Source of the DNA: Candidatus Nanosynbacter lyticus
GTDB taxonomy: Bacteria; Patescibacteriota; Saccharimonadia; Saccharimonadales; Saccharimonadaceae
Assembly: GCF_030253515.1 (NCBI RefSeq)
Contig: NZ_CP124549.1
Coordinates: 240,001 to 272,000, forward strand
DNA length: 32,000 nt
Reading direction: 5' to 3'
Positions within the stretch are counted from its first letter, which is position 1. Each line of letters opens with the position of its first letter. Both the position numbers and the translations under genes were made by a program. The notes beneath the pieces were generated by a model. It was not told the origin of the DNA. It searched no databases and saw only the letters and a list, made by a program, of their open reading frames with translations. Positions 23,556-31,085 of the stretch are shown in pieces.

Positions 23556-24831
23556 CCGCACTGCCACCTCAACCGCCAAGGCGGTGCGTCGCCACCGGCC
23601 GATGTATCAGATCGTGCTGTACATGGGGCTGTTATTGATGCTGGGGCTGGTAGTGATGTACGCGTTGGGACCGCAGCGGGCGAATGTGCTGAATCATACG
23701 CACGGTGCGAATTATAGCGACACCTTCTTTTTCAATAAGCAGCTGGCCAGCGTCATCACCGCTGTGGTGGCGTTTGGGGCGGCGGCGATATTGCCGTATC
23801 GGTGGTTGACCGAGGCGTGGGCCAAGCGACTGTTCATCGCGGGTTTGGCGGCCTGTTTCTTGTTGGTGGTTTGCGGGGCGCTGCTACATCTGCCATTTGC
23901 ATCGGACACTAACGGCGCGTACCGCTGGTTTTATCTGGGCGGACTGGGTAGTTTTCAGCCGGCGGAGTTACTGAAATTTGGCTTGCTACTGTTTGTGGCT
24001 GGGTTTTTGGCCAAGCGGGTGCGCCAAGGCAAACTCAACGATATCAACGAGACGCTGATCCCACTCAGTATTATTATGGCGGTGTCGATGTTTGTGGTGG
24101 TGGTGCTGCAGAAAGATTTGGGGACGGGTGTGTCGCTCGTGGCGCTGGTGCTGTCGGTGTTAGCGGTGTCGGGGATGGACGCTCGGCTACTGCGGCGCAT
24201 CGTGCTGGTGATCGCGGCTGCGGCGTTGGTGCTGACGTTCTCATCACCGCACCGCATCGAGCGCGTGATGACCTTTATTCAGGGTGATACGCATCAGTCA
24301 GCCAGCCGGGATGAAAATAATTATCACATCCAGCAAGCGCGCATCGCCCTCGGCTCGGGTGGCCTACTGGGCCTCGGCATTGGTAAAAGCGTGCAGGCGA
24401 CGGGCTACCTGCCAGAGGCGATTAATGATTCGATTTTTGCGGTGATGGGCGAAACATTTGGATTTGTCGGTTTGTTGGTTATCTTGGCACTGTTTTCGGC
24501 GTTGCTGCTGAGTTTGCTCAAGGTGACGTCGCGGCTGGCTGATATACACTTGCGGCTCGTGGTGGCGGGCGTGTTTGGCTGGGTTGCGTCGCACGTGTTG
24601 ATGAATATTGGCTCGATGACGGGGATTATTCCGATGACTGGTATCTCACTGCCGCTGCTCAGTTATGGCGGCACCAGTATGTTATTTATCGCAGCGGCGC
24701 TGGGTCTGGCGTTTCAATTGTCGGGCTATACGGCGCACAAACCATTAATGGAAGGAGAGGGAAGTGGCAAAGATCTTGGCGGTCGGCGGCGGCTCGGGCG
24801 GACACGTTACGCCAGTCGTGGCAGTGTGTAA
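23548..24831 (+). CDS. ftsW: FtsW/RodA/SpoVE-family peptidoglycan polymerase
   Basis: FQPAELLKF, LPEAINDSIFAVMGETFGFVG and LPLLSYGGTS motifs. TTG 23548 overlaps the mraY stop; ATG 23602 is an alternative start. Confidence 0.85.
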   Translation: MRNRTATSTAKAVRRHRPMYQIVLYMGLLLMLGLVVMYALGPQRANVLNHTHGANYSDTFFFNKQLASVITAVVAFGAAAILPYRWLTEAWAKRLFIAGLAACFLLVVCGALLHLPFASDTNGAYRWFYLGGLGSFQPAELLKFGLLLFVAGFLAKRVRQGKLNDINETLIPLSIIMAVSMFVVVVLQKDLGTGVSLVALVLSVLAVSGMDARLLRRIVLVIAAAALVLTFSSPHRIERVMTFIQGDTHQSASRDENNYHIQQARIALGSGGLLGLGIGKSVQATGYLPEAINDSIFAVMGETFGFVGLLVILALFSALLLSLLKVTSRLADIHLRLVVAGVFGWVASHVLMNIGSMTGIIPMTGISLPLLSYGGTSMLFIAAALGLAFQLSGYTAHKPLMEGEGSGKDLGGRRRLGRTRYASRGSV

Positions 24832-25927
24832 GGAGTTGCGATCATCGGGTGATCACGAATTGCGGTTTTGGTGTGATCGGAAGTTTGGCGCTAGTGCTCG
24901 CGGTATTTTTAGTAAGTTTGACGAGACGATCCCGGTTGAGCTGATTATCGCTGGCAAGATCCGCCGCTACCACGGTAAAAGTATGGCATTTCATCTTCGA
25001 CCGTCAATTTTGCTACCGAATCTGCGCGATATCTTTCTGGTGGGGGTTGGATTTATTCAGAGCTTTTGTAAGTTGCTCAGGTGGCGGCCAGATGTAATTT
25101 TTATCAAGGGCGGCTACGTCTGTCTGCCGGTTGGCTATGCAGCGCGGCTGCTGAAGATCCCGCTGGTGCTGCATGATTCGGATGCGCATCCAGGGCTAAC
25201 TAATCGGCTATTGGCGCCATTTGCTGCCAAGATCGGCACCGGGGCGCCGCTGGAGCATTATAATTATCCTGACGTCAAGGCGGAGTACGTCGGCATCCCG
25301 GTGGCTGAGGAGTTTCGGCCGTACAGTGCGTCCGAGCGGCGACAGCTAAAGGCGAAGCTTGGCTTCGATCCGGCGCGGCCACTGGTGGTGGTAACTGGCG
25401 GTGGACTGGGGGCAGCGCGCCTCAACGAAGCGGTGGTAGCCACGCGCGAGCAGCTGCTGGCCGAGGCGTCGGTATTCTTGATCTCTGGTAAGCATCAGTT
25501 TGACGAGCTGAAAGAGCGTGTTGATAGCCGGGCGGGCTGGCGACTAGAAGCGTTTGTTAATCACGGTATGGCTGAAGTGTTGGCGGCAGCGGATGTGGTG
25601 GTGGCGCGGGCTGGTGCGACGACGCTGCTGGAGCTGGCGGCGCTGCATAAACCAGCGGTCATCGTGCCGAATGGTATGTTGACGGCTGGTCATCAACTGA
25701 AGAATGCCAAAGTATATCAGGACGCACTGGCGGCAGTGATCGTTGAAGAGTCGACGCTGGAACAGACGCCAGAGGTGCTGGGCAAGAAGGTCATTGGTCT
25801 CGTCAAGTCGCCGCGGATCTTGGCCGGCCTCGGACGAAACATCGGTACATTTGCGAAGCCCAACGCCGCTAAAGACATGGCAGCGATGCTCCTCACTGTC
25901 ATTCGTCGGCAGGGGAGACGTCGGTGA
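24764..25927 (+). CDS. murG: UDP-GlcNAc:lipid I GlcNAc transferase MurG
   Basis: ILAVGGGSGGHVTPVVAV, a C-terminal ARAGATTLLELAAL region and QLKNA. GTG start with GGAGAGGG upstream. Overlaps the ftsW 3' end. Confidence 0.85.
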   Translation: MAKILAVGGGSGGHVTPVVAVCKELRSSGDHELRFWCDRKFGASARGIFSKFDETIPVELIIAGKIRRYHGKSMAFHLRPSILLPNLRDIFLVGVGFIQSFCKLLRWRPDVIFIKGGYVCLPVGYAARLLKIPLVLHDSDAHPGLTNRLLAPFAAKIGTGAPLEHYNYPDVKAEYVGIPVAEEFRPYSASERRQLKAKLGFDPARPLVVVTGGGLGAARLNEAVVATREQLLAEASVFLISGKHQFDELKERVDSRAGWRLEAFVNHGMAEVLAAADVVVARAGATTLLELAALHKPAVIVPNGMLTAGHQLKNAKVYQDALAAVIVEESTLEQTPEVLGKKVIGLVKSPRILAGLGRNIGTFAKPNAAKDMAAMLLTVIRRQGRRR

Positions 25928-26841
25928 AATTACCCTTTTCTCGGGCAAAATCTACGCTGGCCACACGCCGCGAAATTGCGGCTCGTCGTCAAGCGGCGCT
26001 GATTAATGAGGACAGCTCATTTGAAACAGCCTATCGCCGCAATCGCAACCTCAACACTCGGCACACTACCTCGCCAGTCGAGACCTCAGAGCGCACGGTT
26101 CAGCATGCGAAATCTCGGCGTCGCCGGACGCGGTGGATTATCCTCCTCAGCAGTGCGCTGGTGCTTATTGTCATTGGTCTACTCGCATGGCAATGTACCG
26201 TCACGGTTTCGGTGCAAACGCCAGACGCAGCCAGTGCCAAAGAGGCCGATCGTTACCGTGGCCTCATCGATGAATACCTTAGCGTACGTCCGGCCGAACG
26301 ATTCTTGTTTGTACTGAATCACCAGTCGCTGGCTAGTTTTTTCCTTGAGAAAGCCCCAGAGGTCAAGACGGTTCGCCTCGAGGCTGACCAGCTCGCCAGG
26401 CCGCGCCTCAAACTTACCTTTCGCCAGCCAGTCGTCCAGTGGACTTCTGGTGATAAGAGCTATTTTGTTGACGACGCAGGCGTGACATTCTCGACCACCT
26501 ACATGGGCTCGCCGTCAGTCATTGTCAAAGACCAGAGCGGTGTGCCGACTGCTGCCGGCCAGGAGGTCATTAATCGCCGCTTTCTCGGCTTTCTCGGTCA
26601 AGCTGTTGCCGGCTTTCGTGAGCACCAGCTAGAGGTTACGGAAATTATCCTGCCACAAAACACCGTTCGCCAGGCGCTTCTATCAATCAAGGGCCGTCCA
26701 TACAGCATTAAAATGACCACCGACAGGGAAGCGGCGGCACAGGTGGCGCAAGCGGTCAAGGCTATGGCGTTCTTTCAAAGTAGAGGGGAGGCTCCTGCGT
26801 ATATCGATGTGCGCGTCAATCAGCGAGTATTTTATAAGTAG
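25924..26841 (+). CDS. ftsQ: FtsQ/DivIB-like cell-division protein
   Basis: Basic N-terminus, one TM (WIILLSSALVLIVIGLLAW) and a POTRA-like FRQPVVQWTSGDKSYFVDDAGVTF. GTGA overlap with murG. Confidence 0.7.
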   Translation: MKLPFSRAKSTLATRREIAARRQAALINEDSSFETAYRRNRNLNTRHTTSPVETSERTVQHAKSRRRRTRWIILLSSALVLIVIGLLAWQCTVTVSVQTPDAASAKEADRYRGLIDEYLSVRPAERFLFVLNHQSLASFFLEKAPEVKTVRLEADQLARPRLKLTFRQPVVQWTSGDKSYFVDDAGVTFSTTYMGSPSVIVKDQSGVPTAAGQEVINRRFLGFLGQAVAGFREHQLEVTEIILPQNTVRQALLSIKGRPYSIKMTTDREAAAQVAQAVKAMAFFQSRGEAPAYIDVRVNQRVFYK

Positions 26842-28004
26842 CGGGCAGGGGTGAGCTCTGTCCCGCCGGGTCGTGGGCTACACTGCCAATGGGGTAGAGG
26901 CAAGGCCACCCGACGATATTAGTTCGCTTTTTGTTCGTTTATCAGATGATTAAGAAAAACATAATTATAATATCAAAATAGTAAAAAATCAAATAGGGTG
27001 CTTGTGGAAAAAATAGAGCAGGGGAATAAAATAGGAAAAAGTCAAATATTTGTAGGTTTAACCAGCGCGGGATGCTGTGTTTGTCGTGCGTGGCCTCGTA
27101 CACAAGTGCCATATGCTCATGCTGGGCGGTGTCTTATGATGTGGAAAAGTCTACGAGTTGCTTTTTAGACCGTAACGACGTTCAAGTTTGGTAAGGCCTA
27201 GCTCGATATTTATTTGAGAGGCGGAGACGACGCTGGCGCTGGAGGTATCCCAAACTCCCCCGATTGAAAGTCGAAAGTGATTAGTATGGGGGTCTGTTTT
27301 GTTTATGGTAGCTTGAACGTATCCCGTATTAGCACTCACCGTAGTGCGGTGAAAACCCGGAGGAGATCCCCCGCTCGTAAGAGATGCTAGGCGAAAAAGT
27401 TATAATATAAATGGTATATTAAGTGTATGTATAAAACGAAGTTCAGTGTATCAAAATAACTATAATACGTAAAAGCTACCTTGTGCGACATTAAATTATC
27501 TACGAAAAGACGCATGCTCTATCCGTCTCTTCGCGATAATATTTTTTGTTTTGTATGTAATGTTAGCTTAGCTTTGACTGCCCTTTATTGGACGCCCCGT
27601 GCTGTTATCGTGATTAACGGATAAATCTACTAAATGAGATTTTGCGGAATTTATTGAAAACTTAGATTTATTTTACTTACCTCAGCGTTTTATGTTTTAT
27701 GGTGATTGAGCGCTTCTGATCGGTATCGTACCCGTTGCCGTATTCACCCAGGCTTGCTATATATGGACTGCGATACAACGATACAGCCTGTATGTGCGTA
27801 ATCTTGGCAGCCTAAAGTCGCTTGAACCGCTAATGCGATAAGTTCTCTTTTTGTTCTATATATTTTCCAAGTAACTTGAATTCTAGTTTGAGAAGGGGGT
27901 TTATCGTTAAGTTATGGTTACTCCCCTATCGTTTCGTATGCGCTATAATTATAAGTGTTACTAAATAAAGAATACCTACCGTAATAATGGTAAAGGGAGA
28001 TAAT

Positions 28005-28301
28005 ATGGGACTATCGGAGTTTTTCGGAATAAAAAAAATTGATAAAACAAGGGTCTATGCTCCAGACGGCGGGGCGGATCTTTTTGTTGATTCAGCACTG
28101 CGCGAATGGGATCTAGATGATACTCCTGCTGAACGAGAGCTAAGTGAAGAAAGTCGTGATCTCCACGATAAACTATTTGCGGAAATCATGCGTTGTATCG
28201 AGGAGGGGGAAGATTATAAAGGGGATCAAGAACTCATCAAGCTTATTCGTGCTTCTATAAACAGAAATGTCCAGGACGATCGAGATACTGCAGGTAGCTA
28301 A
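28005..28301 (+). CDS. Hypothetical small acidic protein
   Basis: AGGGAG (27994-27999) lies 5 nt before ATG 28005, with TATAAT at 27944-27949. 98 aa, D/E-rich, no motif recognised. Convergent with the ATPase gene. Confidence 0.45.
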   Translation: MGLSEFFGIKKIDKTRVYAPDGGADLFVDSALREWDLDDTPAERELSEESRDLHDKLFAEIMRCIEEGEDYKGDQELIKLIRASINRNVQDDRDTAGS

Positions 28302-28355
28302 TGTTTTTCATAATGAGATGATCTAGAGGAATCTCTGGTGTGTAGCCATACTTAC

Positions 28356-31046
28356 TTATGTCGTACTCTTCTTCCGTCGTCGTCGGCGTTTCTTTGGTGT
28401 GGCGGTGTCGGTAGCTGCTGATTCAAATGCGCTGTTGCCGCGGATTTGCAAGATGACTTCGCCGCTGTCTGTGACGGGTTCGGGTTGTGGTACGGGGTGT
28501 TGGGTGTTAGTGGTGGCGCTAGCCTTTTCTTGAGTCGGTTGAGCGGCGTCTATTTGATTAATTTGAACGGGCTGGGCTAGTGCAGCTGCGGCGACGGCTT
28601 GTGGGCGCGGTTGGGCGGGCTGCTTGTGCGGGCGCGGCGGCATGATGACGGCGGCAATTTCTCGCTCGACGTCTTCCCTGCTCCGTGAGTACATGCGCCG
28701 CGAATGTTCGATGATGTGCGGCGTGTTGTCGGCTTGGCTCGGCGGGAGTTCGAGGGTGCGTGCGGAAAAGGCCGGGGTCTTCTCTCCCCCGATGACCATG
28801 TTGATGACGAAGTTACGATTATGCATTTGTAAGAGGTCGACTGATTCAAAGTTTGGCTCAAATTGCTTAGCCAGGATCGGCGCGTCGTCAGCAGACACAC
28901 GGAACGAGATCATGGTACCGACGTTGCCAAACACCGCGTCGCGCACGGTTTCGTTCATCTGTGAGATGTACTGGTTGGCGACGGTCAGATTGAGGCCGTA
29001 TTTGCGGGCTTCAGACAGGATGGTGGCAAATGAATCGGTGGCAAAGTTCTGGAACTCGTCGACGTAAAGATAGAATGGGCGGCGGTCGCGGATGTCTGGA
29101 ATGTCCGAGCGGCTCATGGCGGCCAGCTGGATCTTGGTGACTAGGAATGAGCCGAGGATAGCGGCATTGTCCTCGCCGATCAGGCCCTTGGACAAATTAA
29201 CGATGAGAATTCTGCCTTCGTCCATGATTTGGCGGATATTGAAGGTGGATTTGGGCTGGCCGATGATGTTGCGGATGATCGGGTTGGCGGTAAAGGCGCC
29301 GACCTTGTTGAGGACTGGCGCGACCGCCTCGGCGACGAACTTGTCGTTCCAGCTAGCGAATTCAACATTCCAGAACTGCAAGACCACGGTGTCGCGGCAA
29401 TAGCCCAGCGTTTCCTTGCGGAAGTTCTTGTCAGTCAGCATGCGGGTAATGTCGAGCATGGTCGTCTCTGGCCGGTCAAGCAGTGCCAGGATGGTGTAGC
29501 GCAAAATGTACTCTAGTCGCGGACCCCAACTCTCGCCGAACATACGCTTCAGAACGCCGATGACCTCTGATGAAATGTTGGTTTTTTGGTTCGGGTTGGT
29601 GACTTCCAGCGGGTTGAATCCGAGTGGATAGGCGGTGTCGGCCGGGTTGAAATAGACGACGTCGTTCAGCCGTGAGCCAGGGATGAATTTCATGTTGTTG
29701 ATGGCGAAGTCGCCGTGCGGGTCGATGATGGCGTAGCCTTGGTTGTGAAAAATGTCGCTGAGCGCGAATAACTCTAGCAACCCCGACTTGCCCGCCCCCG
29801 TCTGGCCGATGATGTAAACGTGACGCGAGCGGTCGTAGCGCAGCATGCCGAATTGATGGTTGATACCGCGGAAATTGGTGACGCCAAAGGCGGAAATTTG
29901 GTCGTCATTGGCGTCGCTGCCGGTCAGGACAGGCAGTTTGGATGGCGGTTCAGCGGTTTTGGCGCTGGCCCAGACGATGTTTGGCGTCTCGACATTGGTG
30001 TGTGGCAAGTGAAAAACAGAGGCCAGCTCCTCGATATTGAGGATGTAGCCATCACCGTAAAACGCGCGCTTGCGGTACTTGTCGAGGAACTCCTTGCCGA
30101 ACGCACCCTTGACAGCGCGAAAGCCGTTGAGATTGGTTGAATTGAATTGCTTAAAAGCACCGACCAGCGCCTGCATATGTAGCTTGGCGCTGGTTTGATC
30201 TTCACCAAGATATGCCAGGCGGATCTTGACGTCGTAGCCCAATTTAGTGGCTTTCTTCTCCGCCTCAGAGACGCGCGTCTTGTCACGCTCAGACAGCTCG
30301 GGCGCTTTTTTGCCATCACTTCCCTGGCCCGGTGGTCTCCAGAGAGCCTCGAGCAGCGTACCGATCCACTGCAAGCCGCCCCCGCCGAGCCCGGGGATGA
30401 GTTTATGCCCACTCTTGACGCTGGCGATCCAGCGATCAGCGGACTGTTGCCAGCTGTCGGCGATCGGCCTGATGAGTACCTGCACCCAGAGTTCCTCGCC
30501 GGTCAATTCTAGCTTGGCCAGCGTGCCGGTAATCCCCGCCAGCGGATCGACTTCAAAGGTTTGAAAGGTGCGGATTGGCAAGAACTCTGGCGCCGTCAAA
30601 GTTAGCTCAGTGGTGTACACAGTGGAGTGTTCGCGCTCGTGCTCGGTGTAATCTTCGCTAGCGACGTGGATTTGAACGGTTGGGTACTGGGCGTAAATTT
30701 GTCCCTCAACGAAACTTTGCAGCGTTCGGGGCACCCAGACATAAAAACGAATTTGACCGTTGACCGAGGCGATCTCAAAGCTGATATGCTCCTGCCGGCC
30801 GCCCGATAATTTGAGTTCGCGTTTGTCGCGCAAGATGCCGTGCAGGCTGGCGAATAATTGCTCGGCGGCTAGTTCTTTCTTGTCGTTGGCTTTGGGGATT
30901 TCCAGTACTAACAACACGCTCTCGGTTGGCTCAAACTCGTCAGCTCGCTGATAATTGCGCCACGTCAAAAACGACAGCACGGCTGTGACAGGTATCCAGA
31001 CGTACCATTGTGTCAAAAAGCTAATCATCGAAGAGATAATTTCCAT
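28356..31046 (-). CDS. VirD4/TraD-like type IV coupling-protein-family ATPase (FtsK/HerA superfamily) with an unrecognised N-terminal domain
   Basis: N-terminal TM (WYVWIPVTAVLSFLTW), Walker A IIGQTGAGKSG, Walker B LYVDEFQNF, and ARKYGLNLTVANQYISQM...GNVGTMISFR (TraG/TraD C-terminal-like). C-terminal P/Q/A-rich tail ends KKRRRRRKKSTT. Confidence 0.8.
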   Translation of the reverse strand: MEIISSMISFLTQWYVWIPVTAVLSFLTWRNYQRADEFEPTESVLLVLEIPKANDKKELAAEQLFASLHGILRDKRELKLSGGRQEHISFEIASVNGQIRFYVWVPRTLQSFVEGQIYAQYPTVQIHVASEDYTEHEREHSTVYTTELTLTAPEFLPIRTFQTFEVDPLAGITGTLAKLELTGEELWVQVLIRPIADSWQQSADRWIASVKSGHKLIPGLGGGGLQWIGTLLEALWRPPGQGSDGKKAPELSERDKTRVSEAEKKATKLGYDVKIRLAYLGEDQTSAKLHMQALVGAFKQFNSTNLNGFRAVKGAFGKEFLDKYRKRAFYGDGYILNIEELASVFHLPHTNVETPNIVWASAKTAEPPSKLPVLTGSDANDDQISAFGVTNFRGINHQFGMLRYDRSRHVYIIGQTGAGKSGLLELFALSDIFHNQGYAIIDPHGDFAINNMKFIPGSRLNDVVYFNPADTAYPLGFNPLEVTNPNQKTNISSEVIGVLKRMFGESWGPRLEYILRYTILALLDRPETTMLDITRMLTDKNFRKETLGYCRDTVVLQFWNVEFASWNDKFVAEAVAPVLNKVGAFTANPIIRNIIGQPKSTFNIRQIMDEGRILIVNLSKGLIGEDNAAILGSFLVTKIQLAAMSRSDIPDIRDRRPFYLYVDEFQNFATDSFATILSEARKYGLNLTVANQYISQMNETVRDAVFGNVGTMISFRVSADDAPILAKQFEPNFESVDLLQMHNRNFVINMVIGGEKTPAFSARTLELPPSQADNTPHIIEHSRRMYSRSREDVEREIAAVIMPPRPHKQPAQPRPQAVAAAALAQPVQINQIDAAQPTQEKASATTNTQHPVPQPEPVTDSGEVILQIRGNSAFESAATDTATPKKRRRRRKKSTT

Positions 31047-31054
31047 GCTATTTC

Positions 31055-31063
31055 ATTATCTCA
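31055..31063 (-). promoter_or_regulatory. Extended -10 TGaGATAAT (- strand), 8 nt before ATG 31046
   Basis: The - strand reads TTGCAT, 17 nt, TGAGATAAT, gaaatagc, ATG. It sits in the 39-nt gap after the sigma gene stop. Confidence 0.45.
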
Positions 31064-31085
31064 CCCCTTATAGATAAATGCAAAC

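Noticed and set aside
26842-26866. Hairpin gcgggcag...ctgtcccgc after ftsQ, considered as a terminator
   Set aside because: The stem has a bulge and is not followed by a T-run. It may still fold, but it is not a canonical intrinsic terminator.
27151-27339. 62-aa - strand ORF in the AT-rich region
   Set aside because: It has a GTG start with no SD and no correctly spaced -10. The composition is not protein-like and I recognise no family. It may be a gene fragment, but I cannot support it.
27340-27395. Cobalamin-riboswitch-like string GGTGAAAACCCGG..CCCCCGC.CGTAAG
   Set aside because: It lacks the upstream AGGGAA element and the B12-box GCCACTG, and there is no downstream + strand gene for ~600 nt. 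The resemblance is too partial.
27514-27624. 36-codon hydrophobic ORF (MLYPSLRDNIFCFVCNVSLALTALYWTPRAVIVING), considered as a type I toxin-like peptide
   Set aside because: There is no SD, no adjacent promoter at leaderless distance and no obvious antisense partner. This is expected by chance in 1 kb of AT-rich DNA.
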